A stretch of DNA of 64,000 bases from Muribaculaceae bacterium (GTDB lineage: Bacteria; Bacteroidota; Bacteroidia; Bacteroidales; Muribaculaceae): the NCBI GenBank assembly GCA_029068655.1, contig JAIECF010000230.1:6382-70381 (forward strand), in the 5' to 3' direction. Made by a program: the position numbers and the translations under genes. This document shows, piece by piece, positions 56,246-64,000 of the stretch. The notes beneath the pieces were generated by a model. The model was not told the DNA's origin, made no database searches, and was given only the letters and a program-made list of their open reading frames with translations. The stretch's first letter is position 1, and every line of letters begins with the position of its first letter.

Positions 56246-59200
56246 TTAATCTTTGAGAAGCGTCTTGACGCTCTCCGTGCTTCCATCAGCATAGGATATG
56301 CGCTTGATGACAAGCCCCCTTGCCTCAGGACCTACCCTCATACCCTGCAGGCTGAAGTAGTCTACCGCTATGACTTCCCTGGAAACGGCACCCACTTCCA
56401 TTTCTTCCACATCAGTGCGGTTTGCGATCGCGCGAAGCGCGGCGTGCACCGCATAATAAGCCTCTTTCGGCTTGACGCTTCCGTCGTAGATCAGCGGATT
56501 ATTCTCGCGCCATGAATCAGGATCACAGAGTCCCCAGATCAGCACGGTCCTGCAGTTTTCAAGCGAGAGTGCCGCCATCACCGCAGCGCAGTAGTCTTCA
56601 GCCTGACGCTTAGCGGCATCGGGAGATTTCGGATCGGCCTGCGCTATATCAAGTTCCGTCACCGCTACCTCAAGACCCAGGTCGGCATAGCGGCGCATAT
56701 TGTCCTTGAGCCTCTTGGCGTTCAGCTGTCCGGTAGTGAGATGGCACTGGAATCCGACGCCGTGGATAGGTACACCCTTCTCTACAAGTTTTTTCACGAG
56801 ATTGTAGTAAGCCTCAGCCTTGGGGTCGCCCATAAACTCGACTCCATAATCGTTTATGAAGAGTTTCGCGTCAGGGTCGGCTTCATGGGCCATACGGAAT
56901 GCTTTTTCAAGAAATTCCTCGCCTATCACATTGTACCATATCGTCGAACGCATCTTATACCCGTTGGGATTGCTCCACACCACACTCTGGTCGTCGTCAA
57001 GGCATTCGTTCACAACGTCCCACTCACGAATGGATCCCTTCAATCCTCCGGCCACTCCGTTGATGTGGTTCTGCATTATATCAGTTAGCTGCTCTTTCGT
57101 CCAGTTGTGATTGTTCTTCTTGCCGTCTTGCGACATCCATCCCGGCACCTGCTGATGCCATACCAGGGTATGCCCCCTTACCTCTATACCGTAAGATTCG
57201 GCAAAAGCGGTAAGTTTTCTCGGATTTCCGAGGCTGAAGTTGTTCTGGCTCGGCTCAGTGGCGTCGATCTTCATCTCGTTCTCGGGCACAACAAGGTTGA
57301 ACTGGTTGGCCACGGTAGAAGTCTTGGCATTGTTCATATTGCTTAGATCGAACTTCCACACCGGAACAGCCACGCCGATCGATTTGCCGGCAGCCGCAGC
57401 GTAATCGCGGAGGGGAGTCGGATCGTCATAGCCAGCCGTCCAGTCTACTATATAGTCGGCATTTGTGTCGCCGTCCATAACCTTCACGTCTTCCTGAATG
57501 GTATCGCCCTGGCCTGAATATTCGACCGACACCACGGTCGCAGTCACCGTATATCCATCAGGAGTCAGATTCTCCGTAACCTCCCATGTGTAGGCCTTCG
57601 GATACTGTATGCGGAAATTCCAGCCTTCCGATTCTTCGTCGTTCTTTCCGGCGGCGGAAATGAGGGTAAATGTGTCGCCTGCTTTCAGTGCGGCGTTCTC
57701 CCCGAGCTTTATCTCCAGAATCGGCATCGCACCTGAGATCTCGTAGGCCTCGTCGCGTGGATTCAGCGATAGCGTTCCGGATACGTCAAGACGTGCCGCC
57801 TCTTCAGCCCCTGCTATGTTGAAGATGAGGCGCGATGTGGGATGAAGCTTTACGTCGCAGGCGTTTCCGTTGACAAAGTCTGCCACTGTGAGTGTATGGC
57901 CCTTGGCGTCACCGGGCTCCATATATCCGTAGATATCGGCCATGCCTGATATATTGCCCGAGCCTCCTACGCAACCTGCGGCATATACCATCAGTCCGAC
58001 TGCATTCTCGCCGATTCCTATGGCACCCGGAAGCTTCTGTGAGCGGGCCTCGGCCGCATCGTTGCTGATCAGAAGTTTTCCGCCGGTCACGGTCGCTATG
58101 CCTGTTATGTTGTTGTCATTGGCCGTAAGCGTATAGGTTCCCTCGCCTTCCTTCACTATGCCTACCATCGAGGTGCCCTCGGCGGCTATGCGCCCGGCAA
58201 GTTCCGAGTCAGTTCCGTCGCTGCCTACGAGATAATATACTCCTTTCTGCTTGTTGCCCTTGTAGTAGCCCATGAGGCGGCTTCCGGGCTCCATACGGAG
58301 CGATGCCAGACGATGGGCACGGGCGTTGTTGCCGTCTTCACCGGCCATCGTGGCGCCCTCGTGAAGGATCACCTTATTGTTGGCCAGAAGGGTCGTATAT
58401 CGGCTCTCCTTTATAGAGGTCTTGACGCTTCCGGCGTCAAACTTCACTCCTCCATGGGCGAGAATAGTGCCATACCATCCTGCCTTGACGGCCTCGTTCA
58501 CCTCCGGCCATGGATACACGTGCACCTCTCCGCTGAATCCGCTCCAGTCGGGAAGCGTACCGGATTTGTCACCGGTTCCGATATATGACCGTTCGCCGCC
58601 TGAGTGGATGTTGAGCACGCCGGTTCCCTTGATAGGCGAGAGCCAGTAAGTGTAGCGCGATGTATAGACGTTCAGCTCCTTGCCTGTCGGGATGAGGATG
58701 CCTTCGCCGAAATTTGTATATGTAGACGATGTGCTTGAAGGATCGCTGAAATCGAGCTTTCCGTCATCGTATATGTTGAAATCCGGTCCCTTGATGCGTA
58801 TGTCGTCGATATAGTAGTCGGAGTTCTCCGAATTGAATCCGATTCGCAGATATGGGGAGGTGTTTTCTGCCGACACTGCCGCGGGGGTATAGGTCCAGGT
58901 CTTCCATGTCGACACCGGTCCATACGAAGGCCAGCTCTCCTCGTGGAGTTTGTCTTCACCAAGGAATATCTGGAAGTTCTTCCATTCCTGGCAGGGATCG
59001 TTCTGATGGCGGCATATTCTGAGGGAAAGCGTCTCAATGCGGTCGGTGAAGTTGGAGCCGGCGAGCTCTGCAGGAATTTCGAACTCTACATGATCGTTCC
59101 AGCCTCGGTTTACGATATGCAGCACCTTGTTTCCGGCATTCTTAGGATCAGCCTCCACTGTAGCCGTGGTCGTAGATGAGTCGCCGAAATTATTCCATAT

Positions 59201-59323
59201 TTTCCAGGTCTGGCCTATCTCGCAGTTTTCGAAGTCACACACCAGATAGTCGGTGGCGGCTGCCCCCGATGCCTGAAGTGCCATTGCAGATATTATTAAT
59301 GTCAGTCTTGTAAATCGAGTCAT
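56246..59323 (-). CDS. Multidomain GH10 endo-1,4-beta-xylanase, T9SS-type C-terminus
   Basis: 'PENEMK', 'RGHTLVWH', 'WDVVNE' (acid/base), 'GFQCH' and 'TELDI' (nucleophile); N-terminal CBM-like and central beta-helix-like regions. Confidence 0.9.
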   Translation of the reverse strand: MTRFTRLTLIISAMALQASGAAATDYLVCDFENCEIGQTWKIWNNFGDSSTTTATVEADPKNAGNKVLHIVNRGWNDHVEFEIPAELAGSNFTDRIETLSLRICRHQNDPCQEWKNFQIFLGEDKLHEESWPSYGPVSTWKTWTYTPAAVSAENTSPYLRIGFNSENSDYYIDDIRIKGPDFNIYDDGKLDFSDPSSTSSTYTNFGEGILIPTGKELNVYTSRYTYWLSPIKGTGVLNIHSGGERSYIGTGDKSGTLPDWSGFSGEVHVYPWPEVNEAVKAGWYGTILAHGGVKFDAGSVKTSIKESRYTTLLANNKVILHEGATMAGEDGNNARAHRLASLRMEPGSRLMGYYKGNKQKGVYYLVGSDGTDSELAGRIAAEGTSMVGIVKEGEGTYTLTANDNNITGIATVTGGKLLISNDAAEARSQKLPGAIGIGENAVGLMVYAAGCVGGSGNISGMADIYGYMEPGDAKGHTLTVADFVNGNACDVKLHPTSRLIFNIAGAEEAARLDVSGTLSLNPRDEAYEISGAMPILEIKLGENAALKAGDTFTLISAAGKNDEESEGWNFRIQYPKAYTWEVTENLTPDGYTVTATVVSVEYSGQGDTIQEDVKVMDGDTNADYIVDWTAGYDDPTPLRDYAAAAGKSIGVAVPVWKFDLSNMNNAKTSTVANQFNLVVPENEMKIDATEPSQNNFSLGNPRKLTAFAESYGIEVRGHTLVWHQQVPGWMSQDGKKNNHNWTKEQLTDIMQNHINGVAGGLKGSIREWDVVNECLDDDQSVVWSNPNGYKMRSTIWYNVIGEEFLEKAFRMAHEADPDAKLFINDYGVEFMGDPKAEAYYNLVKKLVEKGVPIHGVGFQCHLTTGQLNAKRLKDNMRRYADLGLEVAVTELDIAQADPKSPDAAKRQAEDYCAAVMAALSLENCRTVLIWGLCDPDSWRENNPLIYDGSVKPKEAYYAVHAALRAIANRTDVEEMEVGAVSREVIAVDYFSLQGMRVGPEARGLVIKRISYADGSTESVKTLLKD

Positions 59324-59528
59324 ATTTCTGTCAGAGTAGCTATATTTTTAAGGTGTATCCTCGCGGTTTTGCCTCAACCGTTTCGATATGCAAAATTAGC
59401 GAAACTCCGACATATCAGTCATATCACGACGTCTACAAAACATTCAAATCCGTAACCCCCTCTCCCACTCTCATTACATCCCGTCTACTATGAAAAAATG
59501 AGGCCTGAATTGAATCCGATCGTATAAT

Positions 59529-60473
59529 TCATTCCCCTATCATGTCTACCAGGTCAGGGTCTTCAGAAGCCCCGTCGCCCAAAATGCTCCGTATGATGGC
59601 TTCCACTTTATCAAGACCTTCCTCCTTTACCCCCGGGGGCAGCGCACCCGCCGGCGGCCGGCAGGTGCCGCATGCCGGCCTTATGAGTGTGTCATACCAA
59701 AGAGCCGACAAGGCATACAGGGCAAATGGATCGACTATATGATAGCCGTCATCTGAGAAACCGTTTTCCACTTCGGGAAACTCCTCCCTCATCCTCTTTA
59801 TAAGGGGTGCGGAAAGGATGCGTATGTCAAAACCTTCCGATGCCTTGTCTCCCGCTGCCATTATGGCGTCATACATCTTTTCAGAGTCGCTGCCATAGTT
59901 CTTGAAGTGCGAGTGTTTCGTCCAGGGGGTATATGCCCATGTGTAGTGCCATGCCAGCTGAGCCGCGGGGTTGGTCTCCCTAAACAGCCTTGTAAGATTG
60001 TCAAGATAGGGTTGATAGGTGCTGTAAAGACCCGAATAGCCCGACACCTGCTGAATCGTAATTATATCCCAGTCAAGTATCGCCAAAGCCACGTCTATGG
60101 TCTTGATGTCGGCCTCCGCCCATTTTCCACTGTCGGAATAATAGAAGTCATAGTCTTCCGAATCATCGGCATGGCTTGTCCAGTGCTCCTTGAGCGAGCA
60201 TCCGCTGCGCGTAAGCCTCGCTACACAGATGGAGTCGCCGTTAAGATGGTCTACGAGCCAGGGCATATATGTTGTGGCATTGATGGTGAAGCTGTTGCCG
60301 ATGCAAAGTATCTTCAGGCATGAGCCTCGATGACGAAGGCGCAGAGGATGGTCTTTGTATATGGAGCTGTCTATCGAGGCCGCAGGGCAATAAGGTTCCT
60401 CATCATTTCCGCAGGAAGTCATTGCCATAAGGACAGCGTATATCACCGCGAGTATCGTTTTATAAGGTGCCAT
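59529..60473 (-). CDS. DUF4886 (SGNH-hydrolase-like) lipoprotein
   Basis: Lipobox TSC, 'ILCIGNSF', 'WDIITIQQVS', 'TWAY' and 'DGYH'. Confidence 0.75.
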   Translation of the reverse strand: MAPYKTILAVIYAVLMAMTSCGNDEEPYCPAASIDSSIYKDHPLRLRHRGSCLKILCIGNSFTINATTYMPWLVDHLNGDSICVARLTRSGCSLKEHWTSHADDSEDYDFYYSDSGKWAEADIKTIDVALAILDWDIITIQQVSGYSGLYSTYQPYLDNLTRLFRETNPAAQLAWHYTWAYTPWTKHSHFKNYGSDSEKMYDAIMAAGDKASEGFDIRILSAPLIKRMREEFPEVENGFSDDGYHIVDPFALYALSALWYDTLIRPACGTCRPPAGALPPGVKEEGLDKVEAIIRSILGDGASEDPDLVDMIGE

Positions 60474-60518
60474 GGGTTGGTAAAAGGATTTAAGGTTTCA
60501 GGTATTGTTGAAGGGGAT

Positions 60519-61094
60519 TCAGGTCGGGATCTGAGGTAGCAGCGGGATGGTTCCGGAATTATCGATCACACGCAGTCTCACCTCGCTTGCCTCTATAAGC
60601 TTCGTCTCCTCCTGCTGGCTGCGAATCCTGCTTATTATGGCCTCATCAGTCAGAGAATCGCGCTCTTTGATGCGGGCTATGCGTACTTCCTCTGATGCAG
60701 TGACGATCCATATCTCATCGCACATCGCCGCGAGCCCGGAAGAAGCGAGGATGGCGCTCTCCACGAAACATCGGCGACTTCCTGAGGCCGACATGAAGGC
60801 ATGCCACCGCGCTACATCCTCGCGCACCAGACGGTGGACGAGGCCGTTTAGCCACAGACGCTCCTCATCGCTGCCGAAGACACGCCGTGCCAGTTCAGTG
60901 CGGCAGATCGGCCCCCCGGACGGACATACGGCATCGCCATACCGCACGTTGAGAGCGGAAAGCACCTCCTCCGAAGAGTCCATAATTCTCTTTGCCTCCA
61001 GGTCGCAGTCATAGACTGCGTCTCCTCGAAGCCTCAGTATGCGGCTCACTACCGACTTCCCGCTTCCTATCCCCCCGCATATACCTATCATCAT
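60519..61094 (-). CDS. coaE: Dephospho-CoA kinase
   Basis: 'GICGGIGSGKS', 'YDCD', 'LNGLVH', 'ESAIL' and 'RI..Q'. Confidence 0.9.
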   Translation of the reverse strand: MMIGICGGIGSGKSVVSRILRLRGDAVYDCDLEAKRIMDSSEEVLSALNVRYGDAVCPSGGPICRTELARRVFGSDEERLWLNGLVHRLVREDVARWHAFMSASGSRRCFVESAILASSGLAAMCDEIWIVTASEEVRIARIKERDSLTDEAIISRIRSQQEETKLIEASEVRLRVIDNSGTIPLLPQIPT

Positions 61095-61217
61095 GACGCA
61101 AAATTAATAAAAATCTCCCATGTTTCAAAATATTCACAAAACGTAAAAACACAAAAAGCAAAACACCTGCTCAATAAAAAATTTTTATTAACTTTGCATC
61201 ATAATACATTTTACGAC

Positions 61218-63461
61218 ATGAGACATATTATCCTGCCGATACTCCTCCTGCTGCTTTCAGTATCCGCCTCGGCCGGGCGGCTCACCGACTACATCGATCC
61301 CCGGATAGGCTCCGAGGGACTCGGCAGGGTCTTCATCGGGCCCTGCACTCCATTCGGTATGGTCCGGCCCTCACCAGACTGCACTCCGTCGCCCAACTCC
61401 GGCTGGCTGCCGATGCCCGAACGCGTCGACGGCTTCGGCCAGGTGCACGTCAGCGGCACCGGCGGGGGTCCGAAATACGGCAACATCCTTATCCAGCCAT
61501 TCTCCGGCGCACTTGACCGCACAGAATTCTTCGCGCTACGGGAATCGGAGACAATCCTTCCCGCCTACTACTCCACGACGTTTGCCGGCAACGGTATAAA
61601 GACCGAGATCACAGCCTCCGACCGCACATCGGCCTACCGCTTCACATACCCGGGCGATAGCGATAAATGCCTGAAGATCGACGCCGGATTCTTCCTCGGC
61701 GAGTCGCCCGTGCCCGACGCCCGAGAAGCCCAGCAGTTTGTGGGCTCAGAGATACAGATACTCTCCGACACCGAGGTGGCCGGCTATTCACGTATCCGCG
61801 GCGGCTGGAACAACGGCCGGGCATATACCGTCTACTTCTATGCTAAATCCGACGTGCCGTTTGCAGGAACCGCTACATGGAAAGGATCTGACATCGGGAG
61901 CGCCACATCCCGCTTCGACTCCGGAGAGAAGACCGGAGCGCTCGTCAGGTTTCCGCAACAGACCGATACAGTCAACCTGCGCGTCGGCATCTCCTTTATA
62001 AGTCCTCTAAAGGCGAAATATAACTATGAGCTGGAATCTGAAGGGAAGGCCTTCGACGAGATCCGGGAGGAAAGCCTTGCCAAGTGGGAGGAGGAGATGC
62101 GGAAGATCGAGGTGCACCCCGACACGCCCGAGCGTGAGAAGCGTATGCTCTACACGGCCCTCTACCATACGATGCTCATGCCCTCCGACCGTACAGGCGA
62201 GAATCCGCTCTGGACCGACCCTGTACCATACTACGATGATTTCTACGCACTCTGGGACACCTACCGCACTTCGATGCCACTGTTTGCCATCATAGCGCCC
62301 GATAGACTCGCAGGGATGGTCAATTCACTCGTCAACATCGGGAAGCGCGACGGTTTCATGCCCGATGCACGCAGCGGCAATGCCAACGGACGCACCCAGG
62401 GGGGTTCCAATGCCGACGTGGTGATAGCCGACGCATGCGTGAAGGAGATACCGGGCGTCGACTATAAAGCTGCACTTCAGGCTATGATCCACGATGCCAC
62501 GACGCCACCGGGGGGCAACGAGGAGGCGGAGGGTCGTGGTGGCCTACGCGAATATCTGTCGCTCGGCTACATTCCCCACGGCATAGCCCGCGCCGGAAAC
62601 CGCACCGTGGAGTATTCGCTGTGCGATTTCGCCATAGCGCAGGTAGCCCGCAAACTCGGCAAAGACAAGATAGCGGAGAGATACATGAAGCAGTCGGAGT
62701 CGTGGAAAAACCTCTGGCGCGACGACTACGAGCACGACGGAGCGCGCGGTTTCATAATGCCCCGCGATGCGGAAGGCAACTGGCTCGACTCGGTTCCTTT
62801 CGGCCATTCCGAGCGCCAGCATCCTACATTCCTATATACTCCTCTCACATTCGAAGGACCATGGTATACCCCGTGGTGGGACATGTTCTTCTACGAAGCG
62901 TCCTCATGGGAGTATTCCCTGAGCATACCCCACGACGTGCCGGGACTTATAGAGAAATGCGGAGGCCCGGAGGCGTTCGAGAAGCGTCTCGACACATTCT
63001 TCGGGAAGGATTATTTCAACGTCAACAATGAGCCATCTTTCCTCTCACCCTGCCTTTATCATTGGATAGGGCGTCCCGACAGGTCGGGAGAGACCATACT
63101 CTCCATAATAGAGAAGAACTACAGCGACACCCCGGAAGGACTTCCCGGCAACGATGACTCGGGCGCCATGTCGTCATGGCTCATCTTCAATATGGCCGGC
63201 ATATACCCCAACGCCGGACATGACTACTATCTCATCCACACACCGGTATTGAAGTCTACCACGTTCCGTCTCCCCGATGGCAAGGCATTCACAATTACCG
63301 CCGAGGGGCTGTCTGACGAAAACCGCCATATCGTTGGCGCATATCTCAACGGAAAACCCTATCCTCACTCTACCCTCCGCCATTCCGACCTCGCCGCAGG
63401 GGGAGAGCTTCGACTCGTAATGGCACCGGCACCCGGCGCATGGCCCTCATCCCTTCAGTGA
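61218..63461 (+). CDS. GH92 alpha-1,2-mannosidase family protein
   Basis: Signal peptide; 'PFGMV', 'WDTYRT', 'TQGGSN', 'NEPSF' and 'PGNDDSGAMSSW'; promoter box TAACTTTG at 61189. Confidence 0.9.
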   Translation: MRHIILPILLLLLSVSASAGRLTDYIDPRIGSEGLGRVFIGPCTPFGMVRPSPDCTPSPNSGWLPMPERVDGFGQVHVSGTGGGPKYGNILIQPFSGALDRTEFFALRESETILPAYYSTTFAGNGIKTEITASDRTSAYRFTYPGDSDKCLKIDAGFFLGESPVPDAREAQQFVGSEIQILSDTEVAGYSRIRGGWNNGRAYTVYFYAKSDVPFAGTATWKGSDIGSATSRFDSGEKTGALVRFPQQTDTVNLRVGISFISPLKAKYNYELESEGKAFDEIREESLAKWEEEMRKIEVHPDTPEREKRMLYTALYHTMLMPSDRTGENPLWTDPVPYYDDFYALWDTYRTSMPLFAIIAPDRLAGMVNSLVNIGKRDGFMPDARSGNANGRTQGGSNADVVIADACVKEIPGVDYKAALQAMIHDATTPPGGNEEAEGRGGLREYLSLGYIPHGIARAGNRTVEYSLCDFAIAQVARKLGKDKIAERYMKQSESWKNLWRDDYEHDGARGFIMPRDAEGNWLDSVPFGHSERQHPTFLYTPLTFEGPWYTPWWDMFFYEASSWEYSLSIPHDVPGLIEKCGGPEAFEKRLDTFFGKDYFNVNNEPSFLSPCLYHWIGRPDRSGETILSIIEKNYSDTPEGLPGNDDSGAMSSWLIFNMAGIYPNAGHDYYLIHTPVLKSTTFRLPDGKAFTITAEGLSDENRHIVGAYLNGKPYPHSTLRHSDLAAGGELRLVMAPAPGAWPSSLQ

Positions 63462-63575
63462 CAAGGACTCCGTGCGCGTAACGGCACGTCTCATCTTAAA
63501 AAATTCAAGAAAAATCTGTAGTTTTCAATGACGTTTCTACGTCATATCATGTACAACTGAAAACTTCACGACTGA

Positions 63576-64000
63576 ATGAAAAAAGACCACACTTTGGATT
63601 TCGAACGCCTCGTGATGGAACATAAGAGCACCATCTACTCGGTATGCTACATGTTTACCGAAACCAAACCGGAGGCCGACGATCTCTTCCAGGAAGTTCT
63701 CATCAGCCTTTGGCAGGGGCTTGACTCATTCCGCGGAGACGCAAGCCTGCGGTCATGGGTATACCGCGTCAGCATGAACACCTGCATCTCATATAAAAGG
63801 AAGAAGAAGATTCCGACAGTGTCGCTCGAATTCTCTCCTGACGCGATAGCGCCCGACTCACCCGGATCGAAGCAGGCCCGCTTGCTCCATGACCGCATCG
63901 CCGCCCTCGAGCCTTTCGACAGGGCAATAGTGCTGCTTTGGCTTGAAGATATGTCATACGACGAAATCGCCGCCATAGTCGGCATCTCGACAAAAGCCGT
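63576..64000 (+). CDS. ECF RNA polymerase sigma factor, 3' end runs off the window
   Basis: Own translation: MKKDHTLDFERLVMEHKSTIYSVCYMF...ADDLFQEVLISLWQG...SWVYRVSMNTCIS...LWLEDMSYDEIAAIVGIS (regions 2 and 4). Confidence 0.9.
   Translation, partial: MKKDHTLDFERLVMEHKSTIYSVCYMFTETKPEADDLFQEVLISLWQGLDSFRGDASLRSWVYRVSMNTCISYKRKKKIPTVSLEFSPDAIAPDSPGSKQARLLHDRIAALEPFDRAIVLLWLEDMSYDEIAAIVGISTKA

Noticed and set aside
1-64000. tRNA, rRNA or riboswitch genes
   Set aside because: None recognised by eye; a covariance-model search would be needed to exclude small structured RNAs.

Overview
A 64-kb chromosomal window from a Bacteroidales bacterium, probably Muribaculaceae. The taxonomic call is an inference from TAnnTTTG promoters, type V pilins, T9SS-type C-termini and gene repertoire. 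(1) 1-25.7 kb is a type V (Mfa/Fim-like) pilus island: two divergent operons plus an orphan fimbrillin. It is interleaved with a co-oriented modular repeat family (14 copies of a ~55-bp core separated by three recurring hairpin modules) that brackets a BRO-N gene, a HEPN fragment and a Y1/HUH transposase-like gene with its own palindromes. (2) 25.7-39.5 kb holds eight phage-like genes, including a large terminase with one in-frame TGA, a probable major capsid protein and putative scaffold/adaptor proteins. They are split into three blocks by housekeeping genes (Smr, CLC, aminotransferase, dnaX), and no integrase, replication or lysis genes are visible. This is a candidate domesticated, gene-transfer-agent-like module. 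(3) 39.6-64 kb is mostly core metabolism (sufB, phoH, hemD, rnhB, ddh, coaE) plus GH10, GH92 and an ECF sigma factor. Phase-conserving heptamer tandem arrays occur at many gene junctions and inside several genes. No rRNA, tRNA or CRISPR-Cas was seen. All family assignments are from motif recognition by eye; no database search was run.
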